Shown here piece by piece: positions 48,343-57,901 of a stretch of 64,000 nucleotides of DNA. The notes beneath the pieces were generated by a model. It was not told the DNA's origin. It worked only from the letters and a program-made list of their open reading frames with translations, and did not search any database. A program made the translations under genes and the position numbers. The stretch is from IMG/VR virus record IMGVR_UViG_3300042261_002385, positions 372,266 through 436,265 of that record. One strand, given 5' to 3'. Numbering within the stretch: position 1 is the stretch's first letter; every line of letters starts with the position of its first letter.

Positions 48343-48627
48343 ATGGATTTAGAACAAATGATACAAAGATGTCCTGACATCACTAAACTTACTCAATCTT
48401 TGCTTAATGAAGTGGCTATAAAAAAAACCGGTCAAGAACTGAATTTCAATCTAACATTCATTGAGAACGGATATGATGATTTAGATGTAATTGAATTAGT
48501 AATGGAAATCGAAAAGATATTAGATATCACTATACCCGATGATGTGGTAGATGTAATTATAAAAGGAAAACCACCACGTTTCACCGAGTGGATTCGAAAT
48601 GAAAAGATTAGACAACTTGGCTTATGA
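48343..48627 (+). CDS. Acyl-carrier-protein-like protein lacking the phosphopantetheine Ser, with C-terminal tag
   Basis: GYDDLDVIELVMEIEKILDITIPDD vs ACP consensus G.DSLD.VELVM.LEE.F.I.IPD; RNEKIRQLGL. Confidence 0.7.
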   Translation: MDLEQMIQRCPDITKLTQSLLNEVAIKKTGQELNFNLTFIENGYDDLDVIELVMEIEKILDITIPDDVVDVIIKGKPPRFTEWIRNEKIRQLGL

Positions 48628-49027
48628 TAAAAAAAGTCAGTGATACACTCTTTGGTATATGGGGTCTTTGCTTATTTGCAATAAAATGGGTATTAGGATT
48701 TATATGGTGCCAAACTACCGGTCATAAATTCACTACTATACACTATTCTAAAAAAAGTGGTGAATCACTCGAAATATGTGAACGTTGTTTAAAAACAAGA
48801 ATAAATTATTGATATTGTAAATAATTTTAACTATATTTGTAATTATTAACTATCAAATCAAAACCACTATGAAAGGAGACCTAAACGAAATTGCTATCAA
48901 ATCTATTATACAAGGAGTTATTGCAAACGCTATCATAGTTATTAGCGTCACTCTATACCAACTGATTTTCTAATACAAAAATCTGTTCATTTTTCTGTAT
49001 ATTAGAAAATAATCCTTATCTTTGTGT

Positions 49028-49552
49028 ATGAAATCAACCGTAATTAAACACATCGAAAAATTATCTAAAAACACCATCCCTACGCCAGATGCCGCTGGTA
49101 ACTTCTATGAATATCCACTACAATCCCTATTCACTATAACACACGGTGGAACTAAATCCGGCCACGTAGACCTTATCACATCAGGTAAATTTATCATTAC
49201 CGAAAACGATTTTAAAGTTGATAAAACATTCGCCTCAATGTCTATGTCCAGTAAAATTGGAAACCAATACAGATATAAATTTATTGTAACTATTAATGAA
49301 CCTAAAGAATCAGATATTAAAATCACAGGTTCTGAAAAAGCCCTTTACTCTGGTGTCTACAAAAAAGAACACACCTTTATGTTTAATTCATTTACTGATG
49401 CTAATGAATTCTACTTACATATGAGTGATAAATTAAACCTAACCAACGATACCTATAAAAATAGGAGATATACTCAATTGGTTAATGATAATGCACCAGA
49501 ATTCACCAAAGACGTTTATTTAGACTTAATTAGAGAGTTCAATGTAATGTAA
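49028..49552 (+). CDS. Hypothetical protein
   Basis: ORF; TATCTTTG at 49017 so start set to ATG 49028. Confidence 0.65.
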   Translation: MKSTVIKHIEKLSKNTIPTPDAAGNFYEYPLQSLFTITHGGTKSGHVDLITSGKFIITENDFKVDKTFASMSMSSKIGNQYRYKFIVTINEPKESDIKITGSEKALYSGVYKKEHTFMFNSFTDANEFYLHMSDKLNLTNDTYKNRRYTQLVNDNAPEFTKDVYLDLIREFNVM

Positions 49553-49885
49553 TATAAAATGACTACGAAAGTTGTTTATAACTCTGATTTTTAATATACA
49601 AAAATATGCACACTTTTCTGTAGTCTTTCTTAAAGACTCAAACTTTGTTTGTAGTATTATATAGCCTAATAGCCTTCTCCATTCGCAAAACTCTACGCTT
49701 AATAAACCACCTGGCACGCTTATTACGATACATCTGACTGAGGTTCTCTATAAAGGTTATCTTATAGTCCATAAATACGTTTTATCTTCATCATACGAGC
49801 CGTCTTAATGAGTTTAGATTTGATACGAGCCTTCCATGATTTTGCAAGTGAAAATGATGTTACTACATTATCACTGGCGACTTTG

Positions 49886-50077
49886 TTACTCTCCCAATCC
49901 ATCTTTGACATCCATAAACTTCTTTATGACAAGTTCTAAAAGCTTCGAACGGTCGTAACCATTCGACTCACAGTAAGATTCAAACCGGTCAAATACTTTG
50001 GCATCAATTGTGCCACATAAACGTTTCTTAGCGGCGTTTTCTCTTTTCGCCATTTCAAATTCATCTTCTTCTTTCAT
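49886..50077 (-). CDS. Ribbon-helix-helix (CopG/Arc-like) DNA-binding protein
   Basis: KRLCGTID..VFDRFESYC...G..RS.LLE..I..F pattern. Confidence 0.6.
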   Translation of the reverse strand: MKEEDEFEMAKRENAAKKRLCGTIDAKVFDRFESYCESNGYDRSKLLELVIKKFMDVKDGLGE

Positions 50078-50099
50078 AGTATATTATATATTAGAATTT

Positions 50100-50365
50100 T
50101 GTGCTCAAGTTCTGATTTCTAATCGTGGCTAACGTAAGTAAATGTAATGGCTGACTTAACCCTTTTGACACAAACTTACAAATACAAATAGAATCAACAC
50201 AAAATCATACAAAAAAACGACCACATTTCTGTATGTGATACAAATATCCGTTCAGAATTTTGTATCTTTGTATTTTACTTATACAGAAAAACAAACAATT
50301 TTTTGTATCAATTACATACCTGAATACAGAAATTTGACCGGAATTTCGCCCCAAAAATCCAGCCC
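50100..50365. other. Non-coding region with ATACA/TGTAT repeats at a strand-skew switch (candidate origin)
   Basis: 10-bp inverted repeat atttctgtat 50225/atacagaaat 50324; C-rich + strand to the left, G-rich to the right. Confidence 0.45.
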
Positions 50366-50375
50366 ATTTCCAAGC

Positions 50376-50600
50376 TTATTCCCCTATAATTTGATTAATC
50401 TTACCTTGTCTTATTTGAGACCTTATACTATAGAAGCTATCTAAATTAATTGACCAACTATTATTAATAAACACAGTTTCGCCTACTATCTGGTATACAC
50501 TATCTTGTTTTTGGAGTTCGCCTAAAATCCAATCTTGTGAAACTTCCATTTCGCCAATAGGAGACATTATAACTAATTTATCAACTTTATTATCTAACAT
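50376..50600 (-). CDS. Hypothetical protein with C-terminal tag (RQGKINQIIGE)
   Basis: ORF; tag. Confidence 0.7.
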   Translation of the reverse strand: MLDNKVDKLVIMSPIGEMEVSQDWILGELQKQDSVYQIVGETVFINNSWSINLDSFYSIRSQIRQGKINQIIGE

Positions 50601-50614
50601 AGATATTATATTAT

Positions 50615-50827
50615 ATGAATTGGATTTGTCGTTTATTTAGGCATAAGTTTCGTTATCAAGAAAAAAGAGTTCCTTTACAGATTGGGTCTATTACTAAAAA
50701 GTTTAGAAAGTGTCAGAGATGTGGTCTTACTCAGAAGTATTTAAATGATACTGGCCAGTGGATTGAATTAAGAAAGACATTATCTGAGATACGGGATGAA
50801 AAGCTATCTAAATTAGGAATCAAATAA
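50615..50827 (+). CDS. Small Cys/His protein with C-terminal tag (RDEKLSKLGIK)
   Basis: CRLFRH...CQRCG; tag. Confidence 0.7.
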   Translation: MNWICRLFRHKFRYQEKRVPLQIGSITKKFRKCQRCGLTQKYLNDTGQWIELRKTLSEIRDEKLSKLGIK

Positions 50828-51346
50828 TTTTCTTCATATTGGAGTAGATAACAAAGTTAATTCTATCTACTAATTGAGGTCTTTCCCTATCGTTTATTAT
50901 AAGGACTTTGTTATCTACTATGAATTTAGTTTTATACACTTTATTTAGTGTAGTATTTTTAACTTTACCTTTAAGGTCAAATGTTGAGATGCAGAGTATA
51001 TCTATCATTTGATATTATTAAGAATATCTTTAGGTAGTTCTGACTCTGTAATGGTAGTTGTCTTAGTTTTAGTTGGAGTTATTTGGACCATTTCAAAATG
51101 GAATAATTGTTTATTTTGAGTTTTAGTTCTGACGTGGTAGTATTCAGAGATTTGTCCTGTAGAGTGAATAGTTCCTAAGTGTTTTTTATCTTTCATAGTT
51201 ATATTATTATTGTTATTATTATTAGTTTTATAAAAATTAGGTGAAGGCATATCTGAGTAGTGGCACCATTGTTCATCGTTCATAGTTTTTATATGATGAA
51301 GTGGGTTTTTGGTTTAAATATTTTATAAATTAATATATAACTTATT

Positions 51347-51736
51347 GTGAAAAAGATTAAATCATTTAGTTTATTTGAGTCAGTTGATGATGCATTAGAC
51401 ATTTTACCTGTTGTAAAGGATATGTTATTAGAGTTAAGTGATTTAGATTATATTACTAATTGTGTAGTAAGAAGAATGGATGGTTGTGAGTATATTAGAA
51501 TAGGAATTTCTAAGCCAGTTGTGATTGGAGATAGATATGATGTTAAGGCATCATTCGAGTGGATTGATATAAAAGATATTATGGATACTATTATAGAGTA
51601 TTTAAAATCCGAAGGGTATCATTATCAAGTGGATAAGGGAACCCTATCTTGGAGTGGTCATCCTATTGTGGTCACTTCTGGAAATGCCTTTGAAGGTATT
51701 AAATCAAGATGTGAAATGTGGTTTGAAAAGAGATGA
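51347..51736 (+). CDS. N-tagged paralogue-family protein (close to 39869)
   Basis: MKKIKSFSLFES; shared D.GTL...G.PI..TSG...EMWF C-terminus. Confidence 0.75.
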   Translation: MKKIKSFSLFESVDDALDILPVVKDMLLELSDLDYITNCVVRRMDGCEYIRIGISKPVVIGDRYDVKASFEWIDIKDIMDTIIEYLKSEGYHYQVDKGTLSWSGHPIVVTSGNAFEGIKSRCEMWFEKR

Positions 51737-52248
51737 AGAGGTTAAAATCATTTAAGTTATTTAATGAATCAAAAGATTATAATTTATCTACTATAAAGGA
51801 TATGTTATTAGATTTTACTGATAAGGATATTGATGTTGATGTCAGTGAAGGTTCTTGGATTTTAGATAATGGGGAAGTTGAATATGTTAAGATAAAGATT
51901 GGAAAATTTAATGGACCTCTTTTTAGTATAGAAAGGTGTTTATTAGATGTTATAGATTATTTAGAAGAATCTGGGTTTGTTATGATGGATGAGTCTTGGT
52001 ATTGGAATGATTCTTGGCAGCATTACGTTGGGTGTCCTAATTGTTTATCAGATGATTTTGAGGACAATTATGGTTTACGTGGAGCAACTCGTTGTAATAA
52101 GTGTGAGTATATCGGGCCTCCTGATAGTTTTTTACAAGACCAGTGGTCAGTTACAAGATATGATTTGGCAAAGGATATTAAGGGTAGGCAGGTTGAACAA
52201 ATAGAGTTACTTTTCAGTGATAGAAGGAGTAAGTTCGGTGGTGGGTAA
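51733..52248 (+). CDS. N-tagged paralogue-family protein with Zn-ribbon insert
   Basis: MKRLKSFKLFNES; CPNC...CNKC. Confidence 0.7.
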   Translation: MKRLKSFKLFNESKDYNLSTIKDMLLDFTDKDIDVDVSEGSWILDNGEVEYVKIKIGKFNGPLFSIERCLLDVIDYLEESGFVMMDESWYWNDSWQHYVGCPNCLSDDFEDNYGLRGATRCNKCEYIGPPDSFLQDQWSVTRYDLAKDIKGRQVEQIELLFSDRRSKFGGG

Positions 52249-52478
52249 TTAGAAATTCCTGCCTAAAAAATTTTTAAGCCGTCTTCGACGATAGGTCAAA
52301 ATTTTTTTTCGGGGAGTCAAAATTTTTTTAAACTGTAGAATCAGAATTAATCAGATAGTTTTTATGGGTTAGATGTGAAAGAGATTATTAGTCTTTATCA
52401 ATAATAGACCAAATTAATCCACTGATGCCAGCTGCTATAAGTAAAGTGATTAAGGTTGAAATATCCATAGTTAGATTT

Positions 52479-52748
52479 TTAGAATGCTGGAACGGTGTCT
52501 TTAATTACTTTATCGTATTTATGATCAATTAAGATAAAAGGAGCTGGAATTACCACTTGAGATCCGTCAGAGTTTCGGTAAGTGGCATAGTTTTCACCCA
52601 ATTCGATAGAATCAGTGAACCAGATGGCTTTATGTTTTTCGCCTTTGTAGTGGACGTATCCTTTAATTTCATAACGCCAGGTGGTTTCTTTTTTGGATTG
52701 TTGACAACTTAAAATAAGTAACGTGGTTAAGATAATTAGGTATTTCAT
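52479..52748 (-). CDS. Putative lipoprotein
   Basis: Lipobox LILSC after hydrophobic stretch. Confidence 0.7.
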   Translation of the reverse strand: MKYLIILTTLLILSCQQSKKETTWRYEIKGYVHYKGEKHKAIWFTDSIELGENYATYRNSDGSQVVIPAPFILIDHKYDKVIKDTVPAF

Positions 52749-52789
52749 ATTTTGTAATTTTAAGTTATATTAATCTGGTTTAAAAAGTT

Positions 52790-53542
52790 TTATATGATAT
52801 TAAACCAACAGTATTGTTTATGCCAGTTTTGGGTATGATTAAAGAAGTAACTTCCTGTTCTAGAGTTATCAATAAGTATTAGACCAGGTTGGTCTTGGTT
52901 ATTTCCTCTACAAACTATAATTTTATCATCATCTATTAATTCACTGAAATAGGTTTGTATTCCATTAAATTGATTTAGGGCATGATTTATATAAGGAGAT
53001 GATTTTTTTCCATATATGATAGATGTAGCGGGTCCAATTCTTCCTTCCATACTAATTATACTTGAGCACATTTGTATCTTTGTAATTATTCTTCGATAAT
53101 CTTGGTCAAAATCTCCGGTTAGTTTGACATCTAGTGATGACATTGGTCCATATGCAATTGATTTAGGAAGTTTAGTATTTTGGTTTAAGAAATCAATTAC
53201 TTCATCTTTGAGTTTTTGGTAAGTCTCAAATTTTTTAGAAGTCAGTGTAAGTTTCATAATTTTTGGACTTATCACTTGATTTCCTGAACTACTTACTATT
53301 GAGTTATATTGTGAGCTTAAATCAACTGCTATTGATGAAGTATTATTTTCTCTAAAATTGTTTAGTTCTTCAATCTTATCATCTAAAACAGCATCAACTA
53401 CTAATTCTCTGTTTCGTTGTTTAATCTGTCTTTGATATTCTTCTTCATCTTGTGATACCATATCAATATACATCAATTGAGCCGTTGGGTGACTCATTTG
53501 TTTATCTGAGTAGTTACAAATAGATTTAAGTTCGTCAATCAT
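52790..53542 (-). CDS. Hypothetical protein with internal tag-like helix
   Basis: RNRELVVDAVLDDKIEEL in the N-terminal part. Confidence 0.65.
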   Translation of the reverse strand: MIDELKSICNYSDKQMSHPTAQLMYIDMVSQDEEEYQRQIKQRNRELVVDAVLDDKIEELNNFRENNTSSIAVDLSSQYNSIVSSSGNQVISPKIMKLTLTSKKFETYQKLKDEVIDFLNQNTKLPKSIAYGPMSSLDVKLTGDFDQDYRRIITKIQMCSSIISMEGRIGPATSIIYGKKSSPYINHALNQFNGIQTYFSELIDDDKIIVCRGNNQDQPGLILIDNSRTGSYFFNHTQNWHKQYCWFNII

Positions 53543-53544
53543 AA

Positions 53545-55995
53545 TTATCTTAATAATCTCACGCTACCCTGAAGTTCTCTTTTATCATCGTTTTTTGGAA
53601 GACCAAACTCGATAGTCCAGTTATAGATTCCATCAGGACAGATTTTATTATTATAAGTTCCATCCCATTTACCAGTAACATCAAAAGATTCCCATACCAT
53701 TTCTCCCCATCTATTATACATAGTCATATGAAACTGATAGATATCAACTCCTGAAGTAATAATTGGAGAAAAGTATTGATTGTGTTCGTCTCCGTCTGGA
53801 GTAAATGAATTTGGAATATAAATTAATTCTTGTGGACAAAGTTGAATAGTAACTGTTATATTTTGTGGATAAGATTGGCAGCCTAATTCCCAGCGAGTTG
53901 CTTGAAATAAAAACACACCTTCTTGATTCCAAGTTAAGTTAATTTGGTCTCCGATTAAGGTATCTCCAAAAGTTGACCATTCTGTATAACCTGGTTGTGA
54001 AAAAAGTGATACATAGGTATCAGTAATTGAGTCTCCTTCACATAGTTCGTGATACTCAGAATTAGTGATTTGACCATCAATTTGTATTGAGAATTGTGGA
54101 CGTGGATTTACTTCAATTTGAGATGTTTGTGTAAATTGACACCCTGATTGAATATAAGTATACGTTATGGTGTTTAGACCTGCTAATTGTGTTGTTGGAC
54201 AGAACTGAGAATTTTGAACACCAACTCCTGAGAATTGACCACCTACTGGTTGTGCAGATAATTGGACACAGTTATCATAGTCACAAAGTGGAAGAACTGG
54301 TGTGATTTGTGGAACGATATCTAAATCTACAATAGTAAATGTTTGTGGAGGTGAAAGACATCCAGTTACATCTTCTCCTATAACAGTTAAGGCATTTGGG
54401 TAAACACCACCAGCGACTCCTGTCACATCGAGTAAGATGTTTTGGGTTCCTTGACCAGAGATTGTTCCGATTGTTGAGGTCCAGTTATAGGTTAAGTTAT
54501 TAAAAAGACTTGATGTTTGATAAGGGTTATTTGAAGAGTTAACACAAACTGTATCACTTCCTATTATTGGGTTTATTATAACTTGTGGTGGATCTGTTAA
54601 GGTAACGGTTCCAGTTGCTTGGCATCCATTAGCATCGGTTACTACAACACTAAAGTTTCCTTGGCAAAGACCAGTTGCAGTTTGTCCAGTTTGATTATCA
54701 GACCAAAGATAAGTGTAGGGTGCAATACCTGCTACTGGATTTACCACGGCTTGTCCATCACAGTAACTGTAGCAAAGTGGATTAGTTCCTGTAACTGGTG
54801 GTTGTGGAAGTGCTGCTGGTTCAACAATAGTGGCCAATCCTTGATAGCTACAACCAGATGCGTCCTGGAGTGTGAAGTTATAGTTTCCAGCACAAAGACC
54901 ATTTTGTGTTAGTGAGTTTCCGACTAAACCAGGCCAACTTATAGTTATTGGAGCAGTTCCACCTATTGGAGTTACAATTATCTGACAAGTGCAATCACCA
55001 TTACAAAGTGGATTCGTTATTTGAACTCCTGGAGGTGGTAGATTCGGGGTTGGAGTCACTAAAATAGTGTCTGGTCCTAAGTTTCCAGCTCCAGCATTAC
55101 ATTGAGACCAGCCTAGATTACAAGTTGGATAAACAAATTGACAAGTGTATTGAGTTGGTCCATTTGGAGTTACCGTGATTTGAGGTCCGGTTCCGATTGG
55201 AATTGGATTTCCAACTTGAAACCAAGTTAATGTAGGTGTCACTTGTGGACCTGATGGTGTCCATCTGTAAGCGTTGTTCTGAGTTGTCCACTGAGTTGAG
55301 TTTCTACCTGGAACAGTCACGGCTGCGGATCCTAAAAGGTTATGAACACCTTGAACTGCGGTTCCGCCAGCCCATTGTGGACAGTTTGGTTTATTTTGAA
55401 TATGATTTTCGATTACGTTTGTAGATTCGTAAATTACAATATGGAAAGTTCCTAATAGGTTAGTGCAAGAAAACATAGGAACGTTTATCCAACTAACAAT
55501 TAATCTACGACATGGAGCTACGCCTTGAACTTGATAACGGACTAAACCTCCGATACCTGGATTCCAGTCTTGCCACGGTCCCATAATACAATTCTTAGGT
55601 GTTAAGGCGTTTCCTGTTGGAATTGGATTTGATGTAAAAGTTGTTGGTTGACCAGCGCTAAATGAAATCCAACCGTTTGAACCTATCCAGAATTGTGTAT
55701 ACGTGTTTCCATAGTAACAGAAAGTAAAACCAATGTTAAATGGTCCAGATTGAGAGTCATCTCCTAAAGCAACAGTAGTTCCGGCATTGGGTTGACCGAC
55801 AAATGGTATGTTAGTAACGGTATAGTTTGTGGTTTGATTTGGATTAGAACCAGGTCCACACTGAGAAAGGTCAGCTGTTAAAGTAGTTTGTGTTACTCCA
55901 CAAGGTAGAGTTACATCTGGTCCTAAATAAGGACAATATTGACCAAATGTGAATTGGGCAAAGATAAGGCTTAAAAAAATTATTAGGTTTCTCAT
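53545..55995 (-). CDS. T9SS cargo adhesin-like protein: SprB-like repeats + gliding-motility-associated (type B) C-terminal domain
   Basis: Signal peptide ...FGQ; P.C...C.G....P..G.APYTY.WSD repeats; YIPNSFTPDGD...NRWGE...WDGTY...DGIY.W. Confidence 0.88.
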   Translation of the reverse strand: MRNLIIFLSLIFAQFTFGQYCPYLGPDVTLPCGVTQTTLTADLSQCGPGSNPNQTTNYTVTNIPFVGQPNAGTTVALGDDSQSGPFNIGFTFCYYGNTYTQFWIGSNGWISFSAGQPTTFTSNPIPTGNALTPKNCIMGPWQDWNPGIGGLVRYQVQGVAPCRRLIVSWINVPMFSCTNLLGTFHIVIYESTNVIENHIQNKPNCPQWAGGTAVQGVHNLLGSAAVTVPGRNSTQWTTQNNAYRWTPSGPQVTPTLTWFQVGNPIPIGTGPQITVTPNGPTQYTCQFVYPTCNLGWSQCNAGAGNLGPDTILVTPTPNLPPPGVQITNPLCNGDCTCQIIVTPIGGTAPITISWPGLVGNSLTQNGLCAGNYNFTLQDASGCSYQGLATIVEPAALPQPPVTGTNPLCYSYCDGQAVVNPVAGIAPYTYLWSDNQTGQTATGLCQGNFSVVVTDANGCQATGTVTLTDPPQVIINPIIGSDTVCVNSSNNPYQTSSLFNNLTYNWTSTIGTISGQGTQNILLDVTGVAGGVYPNALTVIGEDVTGCLSPPQTFTIVDLDIVPQITPVLPLCDYDNCVQLSAQPVGGQFSGVGVQNSQFCPTTQLAGLNTITYTYIQSGCQFTQTSQIEVNPRPQFSIQIDGQITNSEYHELCEGDSITDTYVSLFSQPGYTEWSTFGDTLIGDQINLTWNQEGVFLFQATRWELGCQSYPQNITVTIQLCPQELIYIPNSFTPDGDEHNQYFSPIITSGVDIYQFHMTMYNRWGEMVWESFDVTGKWDGTYNNKICPDGIYNWTIEFGLPKNDDKRELQGSVRLLR

Positions 55996-56117
55996 AAATT
56001 ATGATATGGTTTTTTTTAAAAAAAGTTTATTACGGTATATATTGATAAGTTGTTTGTGAATTATCGTAAATAGATAAAAGATTAGCAAACTTATTAACTG
56101 GATTAGCAACCAAAATA

Positions 56118-56164
56118 TTTGATAATTTAGATAAATTCCTTATCTTTGTATTATAAATCACTAC
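56118..56164 (+). promoter_or_regulatory. Promoter TTTG-N19-TATCTTTG with AATCACTAC leader
   Basis: Consensus elements at 56118, 56141, 56156. Confidence 0.72.
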
Positions 56165-56177
56165 AAAAACAACACTT

Positions 56178-56864
56178 ATGACATACGATATTAACAAGCG
56201 TTTCGAATTTTTAAATCAACTAACAGGACTTGTTGTTGATGGAATTACTCCATCTTTGATAGTTACTGGTGAAGGTGGACTTGGTAAAACTCACTCAGTT
56301 ATGCAAACTATCCGTCAGAAGCACGTTCCTGACCACGAATTTATAGTGTTTAAAGGATATTCTACCGCTCGAGGTCTTTACAATACTCTTTTTGATAATA
56401 ATGGTAAAGTTATTGTTTTTGACGACTGTGATTCTATTTTAGAGGACAGAGTGGCACTTAACATTTTAAAGTCGGCTCTTGACTCTTATGAGAAAAGAAC
56501 AATTTCTTGGATGTCACGTATGGCAAGAAATGACGAGTATCCACAACAATTTGATTTCAAAGGTCAAGTCATTTTTATCTCAAATAAAAATATGGATTCT
56601 ATTGATGATGCGATTTTGAGTCGTTCACTTACAGTAGACCTTTCAATGACTTCTGTAGAAAAAATTCAACGAATGAGTTTTATCTTACCGAATATTTTAC
56701 CGGACTATGATTTAGATATCAAACAAGAGGCTTTAGAGTTCTTGAATCAAAAGAAGGATGATGTTAATTTGAATCTACGTAGTTTGATTATTACTTCTAA
56801 ATTAAGAGCGGCTTATCCTGAAAACTGGAAAGACTTAGCCAATTATATGATTACTACTAAATAA
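56178..56864 (+). CDS. P-loop (AAA+-like) ATPase
   Basis: IVTGEGGLGKT Walker A; VIVFDDCD Walker B; IFISN sensor; SRS. Confidence 0.8.
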   Translation: MTYDINKRFEFLNQLTGLVVDGITPSLIVTGEGGLGKTHSVMQTIRQKHVPDHEFIVFKGYSTARGLYNTLFDNNGKVIVFDDCDSILEDRVALNILKSALDSYEKRTISWMSRMARNDEYPQQFDFKGQVIFISNKNMDSIDDAILSRSLTVDLSMTSVEKIQRMSFILPNILPDYDLDIKQEALEFLNQKKDDVNLNLRSLIITSKLRAAYPENWKDLANYMITTK

Positions 56865-56872
56865 TCTGTAAC

Positions 56873-56903
56873 AAAAAACCCACTCAATCGAGTGGGTTTT
56901 TTT
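56873..56903. terminator. Bidirectional intrinsic terminator
   Basis: aaaaaacccactc-aatc-gagtgggtttttt. Confidence 0.85.
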
Positions 56904-56928
56904 CTATGTTAGTAAAATAAAATTATTA

Positions 56929-57507
56929 TCAAAAAGGTGAAAGTTTATGACGTGAGGGGTTTAAATTTTTACCACTTCCTGCTACAGCGGACAAGCATTT
57001 CCAACATATCGCAGCTGCGAAAGTAATAATAGCTCCGGCTAAAACACCAATACCTAATCCAGTTCCTAATAAAGCAAGTAAAGTAACGATGGCTCCTCCA
57101 ATAGTGATTGCTGCTGAACTTAACCAACCTATCATTTTCAAGAATTCAACTGCACTCATACCTAAAATTTCTTCAGTAATTAACGTATAGTTTTCTTTTA
57201 ATACCGGTTGTAATTTTTTCTCGTCAGTTGGTGGAACATAATTTTTTAATTTTTCATAACAATCTTTTATGTCTTCTATACCAACTTTTTCGGATACTAT
57301 TTTACAAGCAGCATTGAATTTATCGGCATATTTCTCCATTACCTCTTTAGCCTTCTCCATACCTTCGCGGTAAGATCCTGTTAGTTTATCCCAGAGGTTT
57401 TTAAGACTATTTTTTAGTGAGTCCCACCACTCACCCAATCTGCTAAATAATCCTTCTTCTTCATTAATGGAATAAGAAAAACTTTCGAATGATTTGACGT
57501 ATTTCAT
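56929..57507 (-). CDS. N-tagged protein with C-terminal hydrophobic hairpin
   Basis: MKYVKSFESF; two Gly/Ala-rich TM-like helices near C-terminus. Confidence 0.7.
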   Translation of the reverse strand: MKYVKSFESFSYSINEEEGLFSRLGEWWDSLKNSLKNLWDKLTGSYREGMEKAKEVMEKYADKFNAACKIVSEKVGIEDIKDCYEKLKNYVPPTDEKKLQPVLKENYTLITEEILGMSAVEFLKMIGWLSSAAITIGGAIVTLLALLGTGLGIGVLAGAIITFAAAICWKCLSAVAGSGKNLNPSRHKLSPF

Positions 57508-57901
57508 TTTATTTAATATTTTTTTTATATATTAAGTGACAAAAATGTTTTTTTTACCGATTTTTCAACTGTTTTTTTTTGTTTGACTTAATTAATGTAT
57601 AGTCTAATGAGGATATATCTTAAACTCTACTCACGGTGATAAAAAGAAAAATGATAGAACCAGAATTCAAAGAATCGGTGATTACTTTCGAATCGGTGAG
57701 ATTTTAGACTAATCTTCAGTCCAGTTTTCGGGGTCTATCAAATCACCTTCATCAATCAAATCCATTTTTATATAGATAAACACTTGATTGTGTTCTTTAA
57801 TGAATTTTAGTTCATCGTAGTAGTTGAATTCTTTTTCTGCACGTTTTTTCCAATAATCATAAACGCCATCAAAGTCTTTGTTAAAAGAAGTTGCTTTTAC
57901 T

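Noticed and set aside
49620-49890. Structured RNA in an apparent gap
   Set aside because: Explained by two short minus-strand ORFs (MDWESNKV...IYGL and MDYKITF...TNKV)
51200-51225. Poly-Asn (AAT)n tract as a phase-variable switch
   Set aside because: Triplet, imperfect and frame-neutral; may just be an AT-rich spacer before the internal Met
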